The notes beneath the pieces were generated by a model. That model was not told the origin of the DNA. It searched no databases and was given only the letters and a program-made list of their open reading frames with translations. Positions 9,338 through 17,336 of a stretch of 22,968 nt of DNA are shown here, in pieces. The position numbers and the translations under genes are program-made. Within the stretch, counting starts at the first letter, position 1. Each line of letters starts with the position of its first letter. This DNA comes from Polyangiales bacterium (GTDB lineage: Bacteria > Myxococcota_A > Polyangia > Polyangiales > Houyiibacteriaceae), in NCBI GenBank assembly GCA_045106895.1, contig JBGCFM010000027.1, forward strand, positions 1 through 22,968, written 5' to 3'.

Positions 9338-11007
9338 CAAGGTGCCGTTCGGAACTCGCTGGAGAACGCCTCCGCGATGGCGTTGCCGCTGAAGTCCGTA
9401 ACTCCGCCCGCCGGAAGCTCGAGGGTATAGCTTGTATCTGGCTCAAGTGGGCAGCGCGGGTGGAAGTTGACGAACCCCTCTTGGGCGCTGACGACCCCCG
9501 CCACCCGACGGCCGCTCTCGGTCTCATACACGCGAACAGAACCTTCGAAGGCGCTTCGTACTTCGACCTGTTCGTCGAGAGTCACCCCGACACGGGAGCT
9601 AGTGGCGACGTCCGTCGAACCGTCTCGGGGCCAAACGAAGTTCACGCTCGGCGGGCGGCGGTCCGGGCTGGACGCGATGGGCACGATGACGCTTCCCTGA
9701 TCTTCGACGGCGTCCGCATCGACGCTAAGCACCCCGATGTGTCCGAGGGGGGTGAACGTGTCGAGGTCGCCTTCGAGGTTGAGTTCTTGAAGTTCGACCA
9801 TCGCGAGGGGGTCCGTGATGTCAAAAATCGCCGCGCGTGAGCCCATGCCCACGTATGCGCGCTCGTGCTGAAGAAAGACGTAGCCGCCGCTGCCCGCGAC
9901 GTTGATCCCGCCGTGGTACACCGGCGCGCTTGGGTCGCGAACGTCCATCGCCACAAGGCCCCCGCCGTCGTCTTTTCGGGCGTAGTAGATGATGCCCCCG
10001 CTGAAGTTGCTGAAGTACGCCTCCCGTGGTGTGCCTTCGGCGTCCACTGCTTGAAAGTCACCGCCGGGAATCGGACGTGGCGAGGTAGGGTCCGAAATGT
10101 CCAGCAGGACGGTACGGGCGCCTCCGGTGGCGGTCACCACGAGGAGGTTTCCAACGGCCTGAACCTGACCTACGCGAATGGGCGGGTCGAAGGTGTACTG
10201 CGAGGCGAGGACGGGACTTGAAGGGTCCGTGGCGTCGACGACGTAGATGCCGTTGAACCCGGCGCCGAGGTAGAGAAAGGGCACCTGCCAGAAGCTACTC
10301 ATCACGATGTAGCCGTAGGCGTCGGGGTAGAAGAACGCGGGCACGTCAAGGTCGACGAGGTGCTCCGGCGCTGAGGTATCTTCCACGTTCCAGAACTGAA
10401 CTCCGCCGCCGCCGTACTCGAGGACCATTCTCATACTCGCCGTCACCGCAAAGGACCCGCCTTCGTGGCTGAAGCCAATGGAGTGCGTTTCGCGCATCGT
10501 CTGCGACCATCCCGAACCACGAACGCTTGGGGCGCACGCGTCGGACACATCAAAGAACGTGAGTCCGCCGCGTCCATATTCGGGCGCCCACGGCATCATG
10601 AGGTAGCCGTCGTACATAGTGACGAGGTTGTGATGATCGGAGGTGTCGAGCTCCCCGCCATCAAGATACGCGCAATGCTCGAAGAGCGACTCCTCGTCGA
10701 ATTCCGAAGTGGGAAGTCCGGGCCCGTGTGGCCGAGGCCACTCCCCTGGGTCCGCGTACGGCGCCGCTTCCCCGGCTTCGCAGAGTGCCGTCGACGGCAA
10801 GGTGATGGCGCCCGCGTCAAAGGGCGCCAGGGGCCCCCCGTCAAACCCCGGAGGACCCGCGTCGACGAAGCCACCGACATCCTCCGGGCCTGCATCCACG
10901 GCGTCGACGACATCGGCGCCCGCGTCCGGCAGCGACGCGTCTACTTGTGACGCGTCGTCGTCTGAGCAAGCGATGACGAAGAGCAGGAGGGCGACGCAAA
11001 TCCTCAT
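9337..11007 (-). CDS. Lipoprotein with LVIVD-repeat beta-propeller and C-terminal bacterial Ig-like (Big_5/SbsA-type) domain
   Basis: Lipobox LLFVIA-C and DAG-rich linker; LVIVD-like repeats (GLTFFDVSDACAP, GIYVVDATDPSSPVL, VLLDISDPTSP, GLVAMDVRDPSAP, AIFDITDPLAM); C-terminal DRRPPSVNFVWPRDGSTDV...PLEPDTSYTLELPAGGVTDFSGN...FRT Ig-like domain. Confidence 0.88.
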   Translation of the reverse strand: MRICVALLLFVIACSDDDASQVDASLPDAGADVVDAVDAGPEDVGGFVDAGPPGFDGGPLAPFDAGAITLPSTALCEAGEAAPYADPGEWPRPHGPGLPTSEFDEESLFEHCAYLDGGELDTSDHHNLVTMYDGYLMMPWAPEYGRGGLTFFDVSDACAPSVRGSGWSQTMRETHSIGFSHEGGSFAVTASMRMVLEYGGGGVQFWNVEDTSAPEHLVDLDVPAFFYPDAYGYIVMSSFWQVPFLYLGAGFNGIYVVDATDPSSPVLASQYTFDPPIRVGQVQAVGNLLVVTATGGARTVLLDISDPTSPRPIPGGDFQAVDAEGTPREAYFSNFSGGIIYYARKDDGGGLVAMDVRDPSAPVYHGGINVAGSGGYVFLQHERAYVGMGSRAAIFDITDPLAMVELQELNLEGDLDTFTPLGHIGVLSVDADAVEDQGSVIVPIASSPDRRPPSVNFVWPRDGSTDVATSSRVGVTLDEQVEVRSAFEGSVRVYETESGRRVAGVVSAQEGFVNFHPRCPLEPDTSYTLELPAGGVTDFSGNAIAEAFSSEFRTAP

Positions 11008-11013
11008 GGCGCC

Positions 11014-11022
11014 AGTCTAGCA
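11014..11022 (-). promoter_or_regulatory. Putative extended -10 promoter (TGcTAGACT), 6 nt before the ATG; leaderless transcript
   Basis: Minus strand reads TG-C-TAGACT-GGCGCC-ATG; no Shine-Dalgarno upstream. Confidence 0.55.
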
Positions 11023-11051
11023 GCCAACAATAGCGCTGACGTGGCGAACCC

Positions 11052-11594
11052 TCACGCCTTCGCGTCGTCTTCCGGCAGCGCCGCTTCGCTGGGCCCGCGA
11101 CCCGACGGGGCCAAGACATAGTAGTAGAGTACCGGGGCGGCGCCGAGACCAAGGCCGACGACGACCCCGCCGTCGATGATGCCGCGCCACGGCTGGGAGA
11201 GCTGCCTGACGGCGATGATCACCGTCACGATGGCGACGAGGAACACCGTGCTGACAATTCGCTGGCGCCGCGTCGTGTGAAAGAGGCTCATGCAGAACGG
11301 CAGCGCGAAGACGAGCCATAGTGGTTTTCGCTCTTGCCCGAGATGGTAGGCGCGGGCGACGACGCGGGGCGAGAAACGTTTGTGGAACCCCCGATACCCC
11401 TCAGAATACGCCATGATGATGGCCCAGCCCACGTAGAGGCCAAGCTGAAGTCCGCTTAGGGTGCCAGCTTGGAGCGGTTCTAGTGCCAGCGGCACGAGGC
11501 GATAGAGCGCGTTCCCGAGGAGCGCCAAGACCCAAACGACACCCCACGTCATAGCCGCGAGGTGTACTCCCCGCGGTGGGCTAAGTGTTCGCAT
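11052..11594 (-). CDS. Hypothetical integral membrane protein (~5 TM segments), 180 aa
   Basis: Several hydrophobic helices (WGVVWVLALLG, LGLYVGWAIIMAY, LWLVFALPFCMSLF, IVSTVFLVAIVTVIIAV, GVVVGLGLGAAPVLYYY) and an ordered-looking loop YSEGYRGFHKRFSPRVVARA; 5 bp from the upstream gene. Confidence 0.8.
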   Translation of the reverse strand: MRTLSPPRGVHLAAMTWGVVWVLALLGNALYRLVPLALEPLQAGTLSGLQLGLYVGWAIIMAYSEGYRGFHKRFSPRVVARAYHLGQERKPLWLVFALPFCMSLFHTTRRQRIVSTVFLVAIVTVIIAVRQLSQPWRGIIDGGVVVGLGLGAAPVLYYYVLAPSGRGPSEAALPEDDAKA

Positions 11595-11599
11595 CGGGG

Positions 11600-12007
11600 C
11601 TACCCGCCGTGGTGAAAAGCAAGTGCCACCAAGTAGAGCGCGCCACGCATCCGCTCGTCGTCGACGTTGCTCTGGATATACCCGAACAAGGCGGGCAGCG
11701 CAGCCTCCGCTCGTTCCGCGAGGGATCCGGTGGCGACGGTATTGAGCGTGTCAAAGCTGACCGGCGGAAGTGATTTGCATCCAAGGTGACGGCGAAAACA
11801 CTCCGCCAGCACTTCCGCATGAAACACCGTGTGAACGACGCCCTCGCCTTCACCAACGTCACGCATCTTCGCGGACAAAAACTGGGAAAGAGAGGGCTGC
11901 TCTTGAACGAAATTGCCGAGGGCCACCTGCGTGTAGTTCGGAGATTCCTTCATACGTTCCGACACATCGGACACAACGCCAGCGACGAGAGCTTCTTCCA
12001 TAGTCAC
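11600..12007 (-). CDS. Hypothetical cytoplasmic, probably alpha-helical protein, ~135 aa
   Basis: Normal amino-acid composition with an internal near-repeat (FVQEQPSLSQFL and AEAALPALFGYI); tiles between neighbours with 17 and 5 bp gaps. Start is GTG 12007 or ATG 12001. Confidence 0.75.
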   Translation of the reverse strand: MTMEEALVAGVVSDVSERMKESPNYTQVALGNFVQEQPSLSQFLSAKMRDVGEGEGVVHTVFHAEVLAECFRRHLGCKSLPPVSFDTLNTVATGSLAERAEAALPALFGYIQSNVDDERMRGALYLVALAFHHGG

Positions 12008-12024
12008 AATCCGGGCAGCTACGC

Positions 12025-13761
12025 TCAGCGTCGCCAGGTAAGCCCAATGCTGTAGTTGACATACTGGTCGAGAATGCCGCCTGCGATGAAGGGGTCGCCG
12101 GTAAACTCGTCATCTCCACGAACGTTCGTCGTGTAGTAGTAGCGGCGAAGCTGAACTCCTCCCCAGAACTCAACCGTCGCGCCGTCGGACCCAAACTCGA
12201 GTTGGTAGCCGAGGGTTCCGCCCGCTTCGATGGAGCCTGTGCTGGTGAGCGGGAACCACTCATCGTCATCGATGCCGCCGGCGTCGAGGATAATGTTGTA
12301 GGCGCCATTGACGCTGACTCGGAGAGGCCCAAGGCCGAAGCGCCCTTCGAGTCCAAGCCGCACGAAACGGTAGTCGACACCCGGCACCTGCGGGAGATTG
12401 TTGTCGACGGCGCCACCGGCCTGGTTGGAGTTCACGACGAAGGAATGACCACCGTATCCCACGACGAAAGAAGCCTCGTGCACATCGAAAGGCATGCGGG
12501 TTCGGAGGCCAAAGAAGTACGACTGGGAACTCGTCGCGAAGCTTGTGCCATCTGCTCGAACCGACTTGATGCCGAAGGCGCGTTCGTAGTTTGCGTCAAA
12601 GCCAAAGCGGGATGCCCAGCCGTCCGAGAAATGCGCTCCCGGGTACCAGCGCAATCCAATGGTGATCGACGGGCCACCGTTCAGCTCATAGCCGCGAAGC
12701 CGACTGTACAAGTCATCCACGTAGCTGAACTTTCGCGAGAAGAGCGACGCGTTCAGCGTGACTTCAAAGGCGTGGGGAAGCTGAGCCATTGGCGTGAAGA
12801 CCGTCGGCGCGCCGTCGTCATCGTCGTCGTCGGCCGCATCGTCCTCATCGTCGTCCTTGTCCGCCGCGTCATCATCGTCATCATCGTCGTCGTCGTCGCC
12901 ACTCGGCCCGGCGGCTGGCGCGGCTGTCTGTTCCAGAAGAGGCCCGATACGCGACGCGGACTGCCGACGCGCGGAGGTGCTCAACGAGCCGGCTGAGCGT
13001 CCACGAAAGGTTGTGTCGCCGACGATGCCGCCACTGGTGCCATCGCGGACTTCGATCGTTGCGGTGTAACGCCGTCCACGCCGCCGAGAGCGCCCCTCCA
13101 CAAGTGCGGATAGGCCAAGTTCGCCGGCGACGGCGGACAAGCCCGCCGCATCCGCGACGTCAACGCCCAGCTCCTCCGCCTTCTCTTCGACGGCGGAGAA
13201 CTCGATCAGCTCCACCCCTTCGATATTCCCGAGGGCTCGAACAATCTGGTTTCGAACTCGGCTTCCAGCGGAGCCAACCACGCGGCCCACACTCACGAGG
13301 CGCATGCCGCTTCGCCGGATCACCCTTGTCGGCTCCGAAGCCGCCGGCGATGCCCCCATATTTTCACGAATGGGGTCTTCGAGACTCCGCGCCAAGCGAG
13401 CGCCGAGACCTCCGACGCCACGAGCCCGCGCATTCACATCAGCCACTTCTTCGCCCGCGCTGCTGTAGACCGTCACGCTCCCGCGCCAACGCCCGCCTCG
13501 ACGGCGAACGCGCCCAAGGAGCACAACACTCGCGTTCGTGGCCTCGGCGATTTCCGAGGGGTCGCTCCCCTCCGATTCATCAAGGTCGACCAGCTCGATG
13601 CCAGCTCGCCGAAGTCGGGTGGCGACAGAAGAGCGAACTGTCGAGCTTCGAGGACCCGCGAAGTCTCCGAGGGCGACCTGGGCATCGGCAAGGCTGGGCT
13701 GGGCCAAGACCGAGAGCGCAATGACGAGCGAGCCAACGAATGTGTTGAGTCGCTTCATCAT
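12025..13761 (-). CDS. Exported protein with two tandem alpha/beta N-terminal domains, a poly-Asp linker and a probable C-terminal outer-membrane beta-barrel
   Basis: Sec signal peptide (…SLADA/Q); two homologous Arg-rich repeats (…VRSSVATRL..GIELV…VLLGRVRRRGGRWRGSVTVY and …VRNQIVRAL..GVELI…LVEGRSRRRGRRYTATIEVR); ~250-aa C-terminus of alternating aromatic/Gly strands ending YVNYSIGLTWRR. Start overlaps the upstream stop. Confidence 0.8.
   Translation of the reverse strand: MMKRLNTFVGSLVIALSVLAQPSLADAQVALGDFAGPRSSTVRSSVATRLRRAGIELVDLDESEGSDPSEIAEATNASVVLLGRVRRRGGRWRGSVTVYSSAGEEVADVNARARGVGGLGARLARSLEDPIRENMGASPAASEPTRVIRRSGMRLVSVGRVVGSAGSRVRNQIVRALGNIEGVELIEFSAVEEKAEELGVDVADAAGLSAVAGELGLSALVEGRSRRRGRRYTATIEVRDGTSGGIVGDTTFRGRSAGSLSTSARRQSASRIGPLLEQTAAPAAGPSGDDDDDDDDDDAADKDDDEDDAADDDDDDGAPTVFTPMAQLPHAFEVTLNASLFSRKFSYVDDLYSRLRGYELNGGPSITIGLRWYPGAHFSDGWASRFGFDANYERAFGIKSVRADGTSFATSSQSYFFGLRTRMPFDVHEASFVVGYGGHSFVVNSNQAGGAVDNNLPQVPGVDYRFVRLGLEGRFGLGPLRVSVNGAYNIILDAGGIDDDEWFPLTSTGSIEAGGTLGYQLEFGSDGATVEFWGGVQLRRYYYTTNVRGDDEFTGDPFIAGGILDQYVNYSIGLTWRR
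12814..12897 (-). repeat. GAC/GAT-rich tract encoding a 28-aa acidic linker (22 Asp, 1 Glu)
   Basis: Translates as DDDDDDDDDDAADKDDDEDDAADDDDDD; mixed GAC/GAT codons suggest the tract is maintained at protein level. Confidence 0.85.
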
Positions 13762-14594
13762 TCGACTCCGCAGTAACAGTAGTCAGCCATTCGGCCTTCT
13801 TGATTGCAGTTGGACTCGGCGCCGCCGGCCATGGGGCCGCACCCCTCGTCGGGCACGCTCTGAGTGCAAACCAAGCCTGCGAGCATGCAGGTCGCGTTGC
13901 AGTCTCGTGCCGCATCGGAAACAGCCTCGCACCCCGTCTCCGTCGTCTGGCAGACCATGAGGCCGGCTTCGGTGATGGCGGTGCAGTCAATCGCGGGACC
14001 CGCATCGGTCCCGGCATCCATCATCATGGGTCCTGCGTCCATCATCTCCGGGCCGCTATCCTCTTCGGGCGTGGACGAGTCCATGACGCTTGAGTCCGGC
14101 CGCGGTCCGGCGTCCTCACCTCGTGGCGCGCAGACTCCGCCCATCTGCATTTCGACCTGGCCGCCGCCCTGCACGAGCCACCGGCCGATGCACTGCAGCT
14201 GAGGCTCCGGCAAGATCCCATCAAAGGGCATCCGGTCGCCGCAACTTCCGTGGTCGTTGGTCAACTTGCGGATCAGAAAACTGTTCCGCCAGACGCTCGT
14301 ATCGATGATGGGAATGCCCAACGCGTTGCACGCCGGTGAGGAGGCAATCTGACCGCTCAGGCGATCGAAGAGGCCCGCGCTTTCAAGGTCCACGGCGTTG
14401 TCCGGGGTGTCGTCGTGGTCAGACCCATGGCAGGTCGACGTTCCACAGGAGTCCACGAAGTACTCTTCGACGTCGAAATCCTCCAAGGAACACCGCGGAG
14501 CAGACTGCTCAGGGAAACAATCCGGGTTTTCGAGGGTGCCGGGACATCCGGCCACCAAACACCCAAAGATAAGTGAAAGACACGCACGTTTCAT
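13758..14594 (-). CDS. Cys-rich lipoprotein with a putative mono-haem cytochrome c-like domain (non-canonical CX4CH) and a C-terminal 10-Cys domain
   Basis: Lipobox-like CLVAG-C; CGTSTCH (14427-14447) followed by SFLIRKL…CGDRMP…LQCIGRWLVQGG, resembling class I/planctomycete-type cytochrome c ending MP…I..WI..GA; DAG-rich linker; C-terminal domain with 10 Cys. Confidence 0.72.
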   Translation of the reverse strand: MKRACLSLIFGCLVAGCPGTLENPDCFPEQSAPRCSLEDFDVEEYFVDSCGTSTCHGSDHDDTPDNAVDLESAGLFDRLSGQIASSPACNALGIPIIDTSVWRNSFLIRKLTNDHGSCGDRMPFDGILPEPQLQCIGRWLVQGGGQVEMQMGGVCAPRGEDAGPRPDSSVMDSSTPEEDSGPEMMDAGPMMMDAGTDAGPAIDCTAITEAGLMVCQTTETGCEAVSDAARDCNATCMLAGLVCTQSVPDEGCGPMAGGAESNCNQEGRMADYCYCGVE

Positions 14595-14627
14595 CGCTAT
14601 CGAGGGTATACGGTCGGCTCGATAGCG
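14595..14627. promoter_or_regulatory. Perfect 10-bp inverted repeat abutting the start codon (operator or translational hairpin)
   Basis: CGCTATCGAG (14595-14604), 13-nt spacer, CTCGATAGCG (14618-14627); overlaps a -10-like TACCCT/TATACC on the minus strand. Confidence 0.5.
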
Positions 14628-14730
14628 GAAAGCGATATTGAGGGGCCGGCCGTCGGCTCATGAAGCCGAGGAGCACTCGAAAAGAGGGGCCGCGGACCTC
14701 GCGCATCATGTGCGACATAGACCTACATGC

Positions 14731-15849
14731 TCAGGCTTGTTCCTCACCATGTCGAATGTGGCCCGCCACAAGCGGGAAGACGTCACGTGCGGCGGAAATA
14801 CCGAGAACAAGGTCCGTGTGTCCGTAGGGGGCGTCCACGGCATCGAGCAACACGAAACGCTTGGCGACGTCGTTTTCTCGTCCCCACGCCTCAAACGCGG
14901 CTCGTACAGACTCAGGTGGAGCGATGTGGTCGGCAGCTCCAGCGATAAAGAGCGCAGGAATAGTCACCCGAGCGAGACCCGCGAGGACTGGGTCTCCTGT
15001 CTTCAGCGTCACCGCCCCGTCACCAGCCAGCCATCGTGCGAAGTCCGCCGCGAGGGACGCCGGGATGTCCTCCACCATGTTGATCATCGCGCGAGCCGCA
15101 AAGCCCGGACCTAGATGCCTTGGGTTTGCCAGGAGCCTGTGGAGAGGGGTCTCCATGAAGTCTGCGGCGAAGGCAAGCGCGTGCCCGTAGAGCCTTAGAG
15201 GAAGTCGCGGGACGCACCACCGAGGTATCCGAGCGATAAGCCGAATGCCAGGAAGGGGAGATTCGACCCGGCCCGGTGAGCCAACGAGAGCCGCATGACG
15301 AACACGTTCATTCGAGAGCGCGCCAGCAGCAAGGGCGGCGTAGAGAAGCATTCCGCCCATCGAGTATCCGACGTAGTCCACGGCTCGTGCCCCACTGAGC
15401 ACACAGATCCGTTCGATGGCTTCGGGCAAGTCATAGCGGGCCATCGCTTCGAATCGAACGGCGCGGCGTCGGCGCAAGAGGATCTCCCACCAGCGCTCGG
15501 GCACACCGCTGCGAAGCGTGAGCAGCCAGACGTCATGACCTTCGGACTCGAGCTGCCGAGCCATCGAGACCTCTGGAAGTGCGTCCACGCTCCGATGATT
15601 CACCGCGATGCCATGGACGAGCAGTACGGGTGGACCCGCCGAGCTATCGTTGACCCGCCGAAGCTCGTATAGGCCTCCATCGCTCGCACGGCGGCGTTCG
15701 ACGAAGTCATAGTTCATGCCGACGCGAAGCCGGCGGCCCCAGAACCAGAGGTGGAGCGCGAACCCAGCCAAAGCGACGACCAGGCCAAGAGCGATCCAGG
15801 CCAGCGTTTCGCCAGCAACGCCGAAATAGGAAGTGAGGAGTCCGCTCAC
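14731..15849 (-). CDS. Membrane-anchored alpha/beta-fold hydrolase (lipase/esterase type)
   Basis: N-terminal TM helix, PVLLVHG oxyanion motif, nucleophile elbow VGYSMGG, Asp in AGAADHIAP and His in YGHTDLVLG. Confidence 0.88.
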   Translation of the reverse strand: MSGLLTSYFGVAGETLAWIALGLVVALAGFALHLWFWGRRLRVGMNYDFVERRRASDGGLYELRRVNDSSAGPPVLLVHGIAVNHRSVDALPEVSMARQLESEGHDVWLLTLRSGVPERWWEILLRRRRAVRFEAMARYDLPEAIERICVLSGARAVDYVGYSMGGMLLYAALAAGALSNERVRHAALVGSPGRVESPLPGIRLIARIPRWCVPRLPLRLYGHALAFAADFMETPLHRLLANPRHLGPGFAARAMINMVEDIPASLAADFARWLAGDGAVTLKTGDPVLAGLARVTIPALFIAGAADHIAPPESVRAAFEAWGRENDVAKRFVLLDAVDAPYGHTDLVLGISAARDVFPLVAGHIRHGEEQA

Positions 15850-15919
15850 GGGATGAGCCTGTCATGGCCTCCGCTGCCGTGCACCCGCGACGGCCTTCCG
15901 TTCTTCTGGGTGAACGCGA

Positions 15920-15925
15920 TAGGCT
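15920..15925 (+). promoter_or_regulatory. Putative -10 element (TAGGCT) 6 nt before the GTG; leaderless transcript
   Basis: TAGGCT-GCGAGC-GTG; no Shine-Dalgarno; same geometry as at 11014, 20304 and 20582. Confidence 0.45.
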
Positions 15926-15931
15926 GCGAGC

Positions 15932-17317
15932 GTGAGCCGAACTCCCCTCGAACGTGCATCCGAGCTGCCGGGACTGGAGCTCGCGCGCGGGATTCTCCGC
16001 GACGCCTTCGGCGTCGAACTCCTGCTCGCGGACGCCGAAGGGGCGCTGGCGCATCAAAAAGGCGGGGTCCGCGCGCCACCATGCAGCACCTGCAGGGACA
16101 TTCTGTTCACCCCGGAGGGATTTAGACGCTGCGACGCGTTCTACCGACAGTTTGACCCCCAGGCCCCAGAGCTTTGCCATGCCGGATTTCACGCCATCGG
16201 CGCTGTATCAGAAGAAGGCGTTCGTCTGATCGTGTCGGGCCTTCGCGGCGACGAGGCGAAGGCGACGCTCACGCCCGACGCGCGCCGCAGCGTCTCCGCG
16301 ATTCTCGCCCTCCTCGTCAAACAACTGGATGCGCAAAGTACCCCCGATGACAGTGGTGGGCTGTGGGGTCTCACCGGTCGCTCGCCGCAGATGCAGCGCG
16401 TCTATCGTTCCATGCGAAAGCTGGCAGCGAGCGACGCGACGGTGCTCGTCTTGGGCGAGAGCGGCACGGGCAAAGAGCTCGTTTCGCGAGCGCTCCACGA
16501 AAATGGCCCAAGACAACGCGGCCCCTTCGTCGCTCAAAACTGCGCGGCTTTGCCGGAGAACCTCCTTGAGTCGATGCTCTTTGGACACGTTCGCGGTGCC
16601 TTCTCTGGAGCGGACCGCCCCCACGACGGCCTCTTCGCGAGCGCTGCTGGAGGAACGCTCTTCCTCGATGAGATAGGCGAGACCTCCCCGGCTTTTCAGG
16701 CGCGCTTGCTTCGAGTCGTTCAAGATGGCTCCTACGTCCCGCTTGGGTCGACAAAGACACATCAAGCCGACGTACGTATTATCGCAGCCACGCATCGCGA
16801 CCTTCGGACGATGATCTCCGCAGGAACGTTTCGCGAGGACCTCTTCTATCGCCTGAACGTGCTCTCGCTTGCGCTGCCACCTCTGCGCAGCCGCAGTGGC
16901 GACGTGGAGTACCTCTGCGCGGAGTTCGTTCAGGAATTCGGCGCGGCGCAACCCGACTCGAACGCGCGACAGTGCATCCAGCGCTACGACTGGCCCGGCA
17001 ACGTTCGTGAGCTGCGCGCGGAGGTTCAACGCTGGGCCGTCCAGCACCCCGAGGTCGACGGCGTCGAGTCTCGCCACCTCTCGATGGCCGTGCAGAACGC
17101 CGCCGGCTTCGGTCGGCGCGAAGAGCCGCTTCCGGTCGTTGCGCATAGCGTGGGGGAAGAAACACCGACCTTGGCCGGTGCCGTCTCCGCCCTCGAAAAA
17201 GAGCTCATCGAGCAGGGGCTGCTGCGTACCAAAGGCAAAAAAGCCGCTCTTGCGCGGCAGCTCGGCATCAGCCGAACCACGCTCAATGAGCGGCTCAAAC
17301 GCTACGGACTTGAGTAG
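15932..17317 (+). CDS. Sigma54-dependent enhancer-binding protein with N-terminal PocR-type sensory domain, AAA+ domain and Fis-type HTH
   Basis: PocR-like C..IL.TPEG.RRC…CHAGF; Walker A GESGTGKE; ESMLFGHVRGAFSGA (GAFTGA variant); Walker B LFLDEIGE; FREDLFYRL; WPGNVREL; HTH ALARQLGISRTTLNERLKRYG. Confidence 0.92.
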   Translation: MSRTPLERASELPGLELARGILRDAFGVELLLADAEGALAHQKGGVRAPPCSTCRDILFTPEGFRRCDAFYRQFDPQAPELCHAGFHAIGAVSEEGVRLIVSGLRGDEAKATLTPDARRSVSAILALLVKQLDAQSTPDDSGGLWGLTGRSPQMQRVYRSMRKLAASDATVLVLGESGTGKELVSRALHENGPRQRGPFVAQNCAALPENLLESMLFGHVRGAFSGADRPHDGLFASAAGGTLFLDEIGETSPAFQARLLRVVQDGSYVPLGSTKTHQADVRIIAATHRDLRTMISAGTFREDLFYRLNVLSLALPPLRSRSGDVEYLCAEFVQEFGAAQPDSNARQCIQRYDWPGNVRELRAEVQRWAVQHPEVDGVESRHLSMAVQNAAGFGRREEPLPVVAHSVGEETPTLAGAVSALEKELIEQGLLRTKGKKAALARQLGISRTTLNERLKRYGLE

Positions 17318-17336
17318 CGGTTTTGCGTTGTGTTTT

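Noticed and set aside
12025..13761. Assignment to Myxococcus gliding (Glt) or TraB outer-membrane proteins
   Set aside because: No recognisable family-specific motif, no OmpA C-terminal domain and no neighbouring glt/agl/traA genes.
14731..15849. PHA synthase (PhaC) assignment for the alpha/beta hydrolase
   Set aside because: The nucleophile elbow is GYSMGG (Ser), not the G-x-C-x-G of PhaC, and no pha genes are nearby.
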